A stretch of DNA of 64,000 nt from assembly GCA_951406725.2 (NCBI GenBank), contig OX597824.1, forward strand, positions 51,584,001 through 51,648,000, written 5' to 3'. Shown here piece by piece: positions 12,478 to 22,452 of the stretch (position 1 is its first letter; each line of letters begins with the position of its first letter). This DNA is from Octopus vulgaris (taxonomy: Eukaryota). The position numbers were made by a program, and so were the translations under genes. The notes beneath the pieces were generated by a model, which worked only from the letters and a program-made list of their open reading frames with translations, was not told the DNA's origin and made no database searches.

Positions 12478-13872
12478 TTGGACGTTACCTTGTGTCTTAA
12501 TACCGGTCTATACTATCCCTTTCGTAAGACTAATAAATCGATAGCATATATCAATGTGTCATCCAATCATCCGAAATCCACAATAGATAGTATCATAACT
12601 GCGATTTCAACTAGAATATCCAATTTATCTGCGAACGAAGAGATTTTTGAGCAACATGCACCAGTGTATAATAATGCCCTAAGTTTAAGTGGTTTCAAGT
12701 CTAAAATATTCTATATCCTTAATACTAGACTAAAAAACAGGATGGCTGGTTTGCCAATTGAGCAAGTTGCAATTACTACAGATAAATACAATAATAAATA
12801 CTGTAATAATAATAGGTTTTTGAATAATAATTATAATAATAATAATACGTCTAAGAATAATAAAAGGCCTTTAAATAATAATAATATGTTTAAGAATAAT
12901 AATATGTTTAGGGATAACAGCAGTAAGGGTAGGTATAAGGAAATTAAAAATCCTGATAAGAAGTTAAACAAAACAGGAAGCTCACGGCCTAGAATAAGGG
13001 AAGTTATTTGGTTTGCTCCCCCTTTCTCCCTTAGAGTAAGGAATTTACCAAAACTATTTTTTAAGATTCTGAAGGAGAACTTCCCAAAGGACCACAAATA
13101 TTATAGCATCTGCAATAAGTCGACAATAAAATTCTCCTATTCTCTAATGCCTAACTTTGCTTCCATCATTGCTTCAATCAATAGAAGCAAGCTTACTAGG
13201 TGGAACAACAGAAAAAGTTCCTTTGAGGATGACCAAGGAAATGTGGTTGATAATCCTGTAAAGCTGAGTACCAAAGCTATAAATGGTCTACCTTTACCGG
13301 ACTCATCGAACCCATATAATAAGGGTAGTTTAGAGGGAAGGAATGAGCGAAACCCGTCTGGAACTGGAGATAAAATAAGTAAAGATAATAATAGGAAAAA
13401 AATTAGGAAAGGCCCCGAAAAGACATGTAACTGTAGGAAACCCAAATTATGTCCTTTGGGTGGTTCATGTCTGGTCACCAACGTAATATATAAATGTGTA
13501 GTTAGGGATGTAGATTATCTAAACAAATTTTATATAGGTAGTACGATGGATTTTAAGGCGCGATATAGGTCACACATGAGCTCTTTTACTAACGAAAAAT
13601 ACTTTAACTCAACTACACTTGCATCGCATATACACAACCTGAGAAAGAACAATAAGAATTATTTCCTAGAATGGTCCATCATTTCTAAAATCCCAAACTT
13701 CAAGAGAAATATCAGCAAGTGTAGGCTATGCATAAGGGAATCACTTACCATCCTTAGGTGTTATGGACCGCACATTCTGAATAAATTTACGGACGTGATC
13801 CCCTTTTGCGTACATAAATTTTCTTCTACATTCCTGAAAATCTACAGGAATAAAATAAATTGTAGTAAGTAA
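12478..13872 (+). CDS. Penelope-like ORF, C-terminal part: RT thumb, Asn-rich linker, Cys cluster, GIY-YIG endonuclease
   Basis: (FL)DVTL, YI...SNHP, W.F.PPFS, K.SYS..PN, CNCRKPKLCPLGGSC, VIYKC...FYIG.T..FK.RY..H, C.LC..E and LN motifs. No stop codons in 464 codons. Confidence 0.9.
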   Translation: MDVTLCLNTGLYYPFRKTNKSIAYINVSSNHPKSTIDSIITAISTRISNLSANEEIFEQHAPVYNNALSLSGFKSKIFYILNTRLKNRMAGLPIEQVAITTDKYNNKYCNNNRFLNNNYNNNNTSKNNKRPLNNNNMFKNNNMFRDNSSKGRYKEIKNPDKKLNKTGSSRPRIREVIWFAPPFSLRVRNLPKLFFKILKENFPKDHKYYSICNKSTIKFSYSLMPNFASIIASINRSKLTRWNNRKSSFEDDQGNVVDNPVKLSTKAINGLPLPDSSNPYNKGSLEGRNERNPSGTGDKISKDNNRKKIRKGPEKTCNCRKPKLCPLGGSCLVTNVIYKCVVRDVDYLNKFYIGSTMDFKARYRSHMSSFTNEKYFNSTTLASHIHNLRKNNKNYFLEWSIISKIPNFKRNISKCRLCIRESLTILRCYGPHILNKFTDVIPFCVHKFSSTFLKIYRNKINCSK

Positions 13873-14496
13873 TGGATTTACGAAAAGATAAGTTGTAAAA
13901 AAATAAAAATAACTGATTTAGATATTGCAGGATTTGAAACCTCGAAGGCTCAATTTAATTTAATTTAATTTTAACCCAATTAATTCAGTTTAATTTAGTT
14001 AAGTAAACCCATTCTTTTTGAGTATATAGAAAGTAAATAAATTGAAAAATAAAAGTATTTAAGTTTTGCAGGATTTGAAACCACGGAGGCTCTTTTTAAG
14101 TCAATTTAGTTCAATTTTAATTAATTGGAATTAATTTTGATTTGAAATTTTTTTTTTTTTTTTTTTACCGCTTCCTCTACTGATTTAAAAGAAAAAATTC
14201 TTCACTGCTTTGTCTTTTGGGCTATCCGTGCATGAATACTCAGTCTGTGTTTGTCATTTTGCTGTTTATAACCGGTTTGTGAATTTAACTATTGTTGCTT
14301 TGTTTTACATATTGTGTATTTTGGGTAAAAACTGTCAGTAGCCTTCGCGCTACGTATTTAATTCCCCCCTGCGGGGGAATTGTTTTGAAACAATTGTTGT
14401 GAAACAGTTTAAAACATACACAAAAGGCCTGTGAAGCCAAAATTTTTGAAGGCTTGTCAAAGCCAATTGAAAAGGCTTGTAAAGCCACATCTAGAG

Positions 14497-15767
14497 ATGG
14501 AGACTCCTATCTCATACTCACCTGTATCAGGTGAAGAAAGTTCACCGACGGTGACGCCAGAAAAAGAAGAGGCCCCAGCGAAGAAGTTCGCAGAAGTTGC
14601 AGGAAAAAAACAAAAGAAAATCAACACAGATAAGAGCAACTTAGAAAAGTATGAAGCACTTTTGAAAAAGGAAGGAAATGAAATAGCAGTGGAATCAGAC
14701 GTCAGAAAGAAAGAAGAAGTAGAAAAAAAAGGATTATCTACAAGACATACAATACAACGATGAAAAGCATTCAAAGAGTGGAGGAAAAAAAAATAGAGGA
14801 TTGTCTGAAGACAATAAGGAAAGACATTACGTATATAAACCGTGGCAGAAAGTTTGGAACAGTTGAGGTGAGGTTTAGGACTGAGGAGATAGCCAAGAAG
14901 CTATCGACCGAACCTCAAAAAGCGGAGAATATAGTCCTTCTTCCCCTGTACAGAGGCAGAAGGACCTCAAAAATATTAATGAAAAATATTCCGCCAGAGG
15001 CGGACGCCACGTGCCTGGTGGCGGCAGTGATGTTGAGCCTGGAGGACAAGATCACTATCCTCCAGGCTACAGTAGAGGAGGAGGGGTTTTGGCAAGGCCA
15101 ATGTATCACAATGGCGATTCAGGCGGAGGTCCAAACATTAGAAGAAATACCGGAGATATTGAGGCTCAGTGAGGAGGAGAGGGTGCTAGTGTTTGTGGAG
15201 GGCAGAAAGCCGAGGTGCTTCGGCTGCGGTAAAAAGGGGCACGTAAGAGCGGAGTGCCAACCTAAACCGCAGGAAGCAGCACCGCCGGAAAAAGAAAAAA
15301 CAGAAGAGAAAACAGAAGAGAAAACACCAGAAACTACAGAAACCAAAGAGGTAGCAGAAGCAACAAGTGGCGAAGAAAAGGAAAAAGAGGAGGGGTGGTC
15401 AAAAATTACCAAAAAAAACCGGAAAACAGAAACCACCCCTCAGAAGGAGAACCAAAAAAAGAGGAAAGAAGCGACTAATACATTTATGGCCATTAAGGCT
15501 ACCAACAACAGGCTAGTTAATGTTTTGGCAGCCATGGCCAAAGTGGAAAAAATGAAAAAAACAAAAGACCGTATTGTTTATAAGATAGGCCGGAAGGATT
15601 ACGGACGGATAAAATCCGAATTCTTTCACGACGTGGGCCCTCTGAGATTGGACATATCTCCATATTTATACGAGGGTCTGCGTCGGACTCCCCCACGAGC
15701 CAAGGAAAAAAATAAAAGCGAAGAAGACGACGAAAAACAAGTCAAACAAGTCGAACCACTGATATAA
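14497..15767 (+). CDS. Tx1 ORF1 (gag-like, CCHC zinc knuckle), split by a frameshift near the A8 run at 14723-14730
   Basis: ORFs 14431..14763 and 14760..15767 overlap in different frames; CFGCGKKGHVRAEC knuckle; K/E-rich tail. Confidence 0.8.
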
Positions 15768-15775
15768 GGTAAGCT

Positions 15776-18700
15776 ATGGATTGCATTTATGTTGGTTGTT
15801 TAAATGTGCGCGGCCTGGGATCAAGCGGGAAGCAAGGTCGCTTCCTTAATGATATTAGGTCGCGTAATTTGGATGTTATTGTTGCTACAGAAACCCGGTT
15901 AAAGGGGCCAAGAGGTCTACTCCCGCTGTTTGACGGCTACGAGAGTTTTTTCTCTCCGGCCAGTCCTACAGGTGGGGGTGGGGTGTTGGTCCTATTAAAA
16001 AGAAAGCGGGTTTTTGAGAAAAAGTTAATTTTTTCAGACCCAGAAGGTAGGCTGGTCGTCATGGATTTGACGTTCAGTAACGGTAAAGTTATCAGACTGG
16101 TTGCAATTTACGCACCCAACCATACAGGGCAAAGTGATTATTTTTGTGAACTAGAAAACTTTCTTGGTACTTCACATTCATTAGTTGTGCTAGGAGACTT
16201 TAACACAATTTGCAAAGCGGATGTAGATTGTGTTGGCTCGCGTTCAGATAGAAAAGGTAACAGTGGCTTCATGGATCTGCTAAGCCGCTTTGAGCTAGCA
16301 GATCCTTATAGGTTGGAATTTCCGAACGCTCCATTGTGGACATGGTCAAACAGCGACGGATCTTCCAGGTAATACATAGATAGGATACTAATTAGAAAAG
16401 TAGACAGAAAAATAGCTAAGTGTCCACAGTTTTACATGGTCAGCTACAGTGATCATAAAATGGTCACCTGTAAGCTTGACATAGATAAGGTTAAAAATAG
16501 AGGCTCCGGTTACTGGAAACTTAATACGTCCCTTTTGGCGATTAAGGAGTACAGAGACCGGATTAGGACTATAATTCAGAGGGCGCTGTCTGGTGCCATC
16601 ATTAATAACAAATGGTGGTATGCCCTCAAGCGAGCCATCAAATTCGAGTCAATTAGATATAGCATAGGATTAGTGGCTAGAGAGGCTAGGAGGGAATCTA
16701 CTCTAGTTAAGGAATTAGAGGAAGCCTTGAAAACTGGCTCTGCGGTTCAGGTGGCGGCCAAGAGACTGGCGTTAAACCAGCACCTCGAGGCCAAACACAT
16801 GGGCTGCATAGTCAGGGCTAGGATCCGCGCAATGGGTTGTGAAGGAATCAACGTTGTGAGATGGGCCCGAGTGGTGGAAGCTCAGCGTGGTAACGACGCC
16901 ACGATTCGATCTATGACGAACCAACAAGGTGAGTTGATAAACGAGCCCGAGGAGATGTGTGAGGCCTTTCAGGAGCACTTCGCTCAGCTTTTCGGTGAGT
17001 GCGGCGGACTGGACAGGAGGAGGACCTTTACGGACCTCCTCGACGGTCTTCCGTGCTTATCGGGGCGAGATGCGGAGGGCTGTGAAGGGCCAATCACGCC
17101 TGGGGAGGTGGTTGAAGCGATGGCGGACTGCGGTGCGGGCAAAGCGCCGGGTTTAGATGGTCTACCCTACGAGTTATATAAGAGTATGCCAGACTTGTTC
17201 GGGCACCTACTGGTGGAGGTCTATGCGAACTGGCAGCAGAACGGGTTCGTACCCAGATCTGTGCGCCGGGGAGTAGTGACACTCGTCAGAAAGGACCCGA
17301 GCAAGGGGGAGTGCATTGATAATTTTACGCCCATCACTCTGCTAAACACAGAGTTGAAGATTTTGGCCAAAGTGTTATCGAAAAGATTGGCGCGTGTCGC
17401 GGATGGTCTGATCGGGGAGGCACAGACATGTGCCGTTCCCGGCAGAACCATTCAGGATAATCTCCATCTTATGCGGTACACTATAGAGGGGTTTAATAGT
17501 GATTCTGGCAAGGGTGGGGCACTGGTCCATTTAGACCAATCTAAAGCGTTCGATAGGGTCGACCATCGCTACCTGGTATCTGCCCTGGCACAGTTCGGGC
17601 TGGGCCTTGGCTTCCTCAGGTGGATTATCCAAATTTACGACATCGACTCGGTAGTTCGGGTGAACGGCTTCTTGTCGAAGCCGTTCAACATCAAGCGCTC
17701 GGTTCGTCAAGGGTGTTCGCTCTCCCCGCTTTTGTATGTGATGGCTCTTGAGCCATTACTGCGAAAACTGAGTGGCATCCCGAGACAGCCAGGTAGTGGA
17801 AAATCGGTGTCAGCGTACGCGGATGACATCACCATCATCGTAACCGAAATGGATCACCTACGTAAAGTAGGCAAGGCCATAGAGGTTTACGAGACGGTGA
17901 CAGGAGCAAAAGTTAATCGCGAAAAGTCAGTCGGCTTGCAACTCGGCACCTGGAGAGGCAAGTCGATGCCTCCTGACAGCGTCGTGGGACGTTGGACGGA
18001 GGGTCCGATTAAGTTGCTAGGGGTTTGGTTCGGTCCAGACCTCCAAATAGAGAAGAATTGGGGCGAGGTATCGAGCAGGGTGGCTGCAGTAACCAAGACC
18101 TGGTCTTGGCGGTGGCTATCCCTGAAAGGGAGGGCGGAGGTAGCCAATGTGTTTATCGCATCGGTTATCACCTACCGCCTTTCCGTCGTTCCTTGCCCTG
18201 ATTTGTGGTTGATCAAGTTGGAAAGACAGCTCTTCTACTTCTTGTGGAAGGGCGGGAAACCACTTGTGAAACGCTCTACTTGCTGTCAACAACCGTTAAA
18301 GGGTGGGCTAGGGATGCCTTGGCTGATGATGCGCAGACATGCGCTGAGGTTAAGACATCTGTGGCTCTACCTGGATGGTGAACGGGTGTGGTCTCCGCTA
18401 GCAAAACTGATGTTTCCCAAGTTCACTAGTTTCGGTGGATGGGAAACCTGGCTGAATCGTAGATCAAAACTAGGCACATGGTACACGGAGTGTCGCAAGG
18501 CTCTCCTGCTATTCCGTCGCTCGGGCAACGCCTGCGGTGGGGGTTCCACCACATTCTTCTATAGAGGGTTGGTAGAGGCGGAATGTGAAGATACCTTGGG
18601 GGAAATCCTGGGTCTCGACGATAATCAGCTGGCCAGTCTGTTCCGACGTACGTTCGAGCCGAAGACACTGGACAACTTCCAGAAGTCTCTGGCATGGCAA

Positions 18701-19168
18701 TGCTACAGAGGAGCTCTACCTGTTCAGGATAAACTCGCAAGGCACGGTGGCCAAGACAGTCCGATATGTCCAAGATGCGGGCGGGATAGGGAAACCGTCC
18801 CGCACGCTATTGTTCATTGCTCAGTCGTGTCTGAGGTGTGGGTTTATGCCGAACAGCTGTTGTCAAGCACACGAAGAGTACAGCTGTCGACTGAGTCTAT
18901 TACAAAAATTGACCCACCAGATTTCCTCGCGAAAGAAGGTAAGAATTGTTTTCTCGTTGTGGTAGCAATTGCGAAAGAGGTGATATGGAAGACGAGAATG
19001 AAAGGTTTACGGTCAGGCAAGTTCATATCCGGCCCTGGTTTGATGAATTACTTCATCTTTCACCTGAAAAGGAAGATAGGGCTGGAGAGAAAATGCCTGA
19101 CTAAGAGAGTGTATGAAGAACGATGGAAGGATGTAGCACGAAAGTTGCGAATGGATGACACCACATAA
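15776..19168 (+). CDS. Tx1 ORF2 (APE endonuclease, RT, C-terminal CCHC finger) with one in-frame TAA at 16370-16372
   Basis: APE motifs LNVRGL, ETRL, IYAPN, LGDFN, IDRI, SDH; RT motifs KAPGLDG, LDQSKAFDRVDH, RQGC.LSP, YADD; CPRC..ETVPHAIVHC. ORFs 15776 and 16436 are in the same frame. Confidence 0.92.
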
Positions 19169-19499
19169 ATGTAAAACAAGACGAAACCAAAGTATCAGTG
19201 GTGAGGCGGGGCTCGTGGGGTCCGAGCTAAACCCGCCCCCACTCCATCCGTAATGTCTTCCGGTCTGTTCTTCATTCGATTTTATATTTTTGTATTTTTG
19301 TGAATTTTTAATCTCATCTTTTTTGTAACTCCATCCGAGAATCTGACCCCACATCAGGTTGTATTGTCCCCTCTATGTTCGTCCCTTGTGGGTAATAATA
19401 AAACATATCCGTGCATGAATACCAAAGTGGGAAAGCAAACAACACCGTACGGGCCTGGTGCGTGATGGCTATCTTTGCTTTTATATATATATATTTTTT

Positions 19500-19576
19500 T
19501 CCCCTGACGAAGGAGGTATTATCTGAATGCACCCTAGTGCTTTAAACATAATACACCCCTGAAATGGCCATAGGGA
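19500..19576 (+). ncRNA. Type-I hammerhead ribozyme in the Penelope-like 3' repeat
   Basis: Stem I tccc (19500-03) / ggga (19573-76); core CUGACGA 19504-19510; stem II aggaggtattat / ataatacacccct; GAAA 19561-64; minimal stem III with palindromic GGCC loop; cleavage triplet AUA 19570-72. Confidence 0.8.
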
Positions 19577-20024
19577 TAAGTAAAAATGATTTCCTTCTTA
19601 TATATAAGGCTTATTTTACCTGATTAAGATTTCTAAACGATGAACCTTATTTTACTTTATTTACACGATATATATATATATATTATATTTTTATATGCTC
19701 CTATATGTATATATATTTATATATATTTTATATATTTTTATATGCCTATATTTTTATATACCTATATATTTTTATATATTACTTATATTATATTTTGCTT
19801 TCTAAGTCCTTTTATAATTGTATTCTCTTTGAATCGCTAGAATATTAATTCTAAGTTTTAATGATAAGAATTTTTCTCACACCATACCATATTATTATTA
19901 TTATGTGCTGTATATATGAATTTTGTTCCATCTTGCGGGTTATATGTTTATTCTATAATTAAATGTTTGAATTATGAAATAACATGCGGTTGACTTTGTA
20001 TTTGCTTGTTCAATGATTTTAGTT

Positions 20025-20059
<35 letters not shown>

Positions 20060-21329
20060 TTCTAATGCTGTCAGCTTTATTATCTAATCTTTGTCTCTCT
20101 TTCACTCTCCTTCACTTGATGTATGTTTGCCAAGTTTATAAGTGTATTTACTTAATGGTCTCTTTCTCCTCATGTCTCACTCCTCCTCCTACACACACAC
20201 ACACACATGCACTCTCTCTCTCTCTTTCTCTTTCTTTGCCTCTTCTCTGTCTCTCTCTTCTACTGCAACTTTTGAGAAGTAAAATTAAAAAACACCAACT
20301 CAGTAGTACTCTTACACAAGTTTGGTCATAAAGTGATGATGCTTATCTTTTGTCTGGTGTGTTAGAGATGATTCTCTTCTTCTGGGTTAAATCTTACTAC
20401 CACCACCACTACTATTACAGGGAGTACTTCTCGAAGAACCTGTATTACTTTGCTTCAGTTCACAACAAAATGATTTGGAACATTTACAATTAATATTTAG
20501 TGCTCAAGATCTATAAACATATTTGCATGTTATCTTTGCATCTTGCTATATATGTCTCTTTTGAAAACTTTAAATAAATTTCAACCGGCAGTATTCCAAT
20601 TTTTTGTATAACTTAATGGCATCATCTGGAAATGTTCTTAAACACTTTTTCTTTCCTTCTTTTCATGAGTCCCACTTTTTAATCTTCAAAACATCAATCC
20701 TACTCATCCCTTTCCTACAGACTTCACCTTATAGATATTCAAATTAAACATTAACCTTATGAATTTTATTAGTTTTAGAGCACCTACAAAGGTTTTGGCT
20801 GCAGGATCTTTTGTTGTCATCCTCATCATTGTTAAACATCTACTCTCTGGCCAGCCAGAGAGCTGTCCAGGCTCCGATTGTCTGTTTTGGCATGGTTTCT
20901 ATGGCTGGATGCCCTTGCTAATGCTAACCACTTTACAATGTGCTGGGTGCCTTTTACATGCTACCAGCATAGGTGCATCTCAGTGGCACTGGCACAAGTG
21001 CATTTTTCATGGCACTACTACTACTACTACTATTTAATCTGCCAATTTAGTTTCTGGTTTTATCTAAATCTTACTGCTAAAGATTTTGAGGGCATGTCTC
21101 TGTGCAAGCATATGTAACTTTGCCTACTCCTTATGCTTGCATATAAAAAAAAAAAGAGAAAATGTAACAAATAAACCCAGGCTCTAGGCTTCAGTCCATA
21201 TTTGAGTGATTAGTGGTTGGAAAAAATTAAGCTGTAAAGAAAACTATTGATGCATTTGAATACTACATGCCTGGCATATAACCATTTCTGCCACTCAGTT
21301 ATATATAGGTTATATAATGATAATAATAA

Positions 21330-22452
21330 TGGTTTAAGTTTTGGCTCAAGACCAACAATTTTATGGGAGGGGGTTAAATTGATTACTTTGACCCCAGTGC
21401 TTAACTTGTATTTATTTTATGAACCCTAGAAGGATGAAAGGCAAGGTTAACCTCAGTGGGATTTGAACTAAGAATATGAAGAGCCAGAACAAATGCTGCA
21501 AAGTATTTTTTCAGATGTACTTAGAACTCTGCCAACTTACTGCCTTGATGATGATGATGATAATCCTTTCTACTAAAAGCACAAATTTTTAGGGAGGAGA
21601 CTAGCTGTTTATATCGATCCCAGTGTTTCACTGGTATTTAATCCTTTAGGATGAAAGCAAAGTCAACCTCAGCAGGATTTGAACTCAGAACATAAAAATG
21701 GATGTAATGCCAATAAGAATTTTGTTTAGTGTGATAACAATTCTTCCAGCACAATGCCTTAATAATAATAATAGTAATCATTTCTGCTAAAAGCACTAGG
21801 CCTGAAATTATGGGGAAGGGGATAGTCAATTATAATAACCCCCAGTGCATAACTGGTGCTTATTTTATTGATTCTGTATGGATGAAAGGCAAAACTGACC
21901 TCAGTGGAATTTGAACTCAGAATACGAAGACGAAATGCTGCTAAGCATTTTGCCCACCATGCTAACAATTCTGCCAACTTACTGCCTTAATGAGAGTGAA
22001 AATAATAATCATGTATTAAAATTTTGTGGGAGTGGGTAAGTTGATTGCATCGACCCCAGTGCTCAACTGGTATTTATTTTATTGACCCTGAAAGGATGAA
22101 AGGCAAAGTAGATTTTGATGGAATTTGAACTCAGAATGTAAAGTCAGATGAAATGCCACTATACATTTTGCCCAGCGTGGTAATGATTCTATCAGCTTGC
22201 TATCTAATTAATTAATTAATAAATAATAATAATAATAAGCCTTTCTGCTATAGGCACAAGGCCTGAAATTTGGTGGAAGGGGATAGTTGATTACATTGAC
22301 CCCTAGTACTTGACTGGTATTTTATGAACCCCGAAAGGATGAAAAGCGAAGTTGACCTTGGTGGAATTTGAACTCATTAATAAAAATGATGGATGAAATA
22401 CCACTAGGTATTTTTGCCTGGCATGCTAACAATTCTGCTAGCTCATTGCCTT
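21330..22452 (-). repeat. Head-to-tail array of five tRNA-derived SINEs with a Nin/Deu-like central domain; more copies at ~32095-32450 and ~51475-51685
   Basis: Each ~200-230-bp unit reads on the minus strand ggcagaat.gttagca...gagttcaaattcc...gcctttcatcctttcggggtc.ataaa.taagtaccag; units are separated by (AAT)n/(GAT)n. Confidence 0.8.

Larger units (their letters stand above)
14240..19405 (+). mobile_element. Full-length Tx1/L1-clade non-LTR retrotransposon (5166 bp) with perfect 17-bp TSD
   Basis: TSD tatccgtgcatgaatac at 14223-14239 and 19406-19422. Two-ORF layout. Ends ...gtaataataaaaca without a long poly(A). Confidence 0.93.
12076..20030 (+). mobile_element. 5'-truncated Penelope-like element (probably Naiad-type) with inverted terminal segment, interrupted by a Tx1 LINE
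   Basis: RT-thumb plus GIY-YIG ORF; 12157-12424 is the reverse complement of 19763-20030; hammerhead in the 3' region; (TA)n on both flanks. Confidence 0.88.

Noticed and set aside
13910-13955. Possible hammerhead at ctgattta...gaaacc
   Set aside because: No CUGANGA core and the NUH pairing fails.
12478-14222. Selenoprotein-type (UGA/SECIS) recoding in the Penelope-like ORF
   Set aside because: No in-frame TGA in the preserved part, and no SECIS could be identified by eye.
21330-22452. CRISPR-like spaced repeat array
   Set aside because: Units are ~200+ bp SINE copies with Pol III boxes; eukaryotic context; no cas genes.
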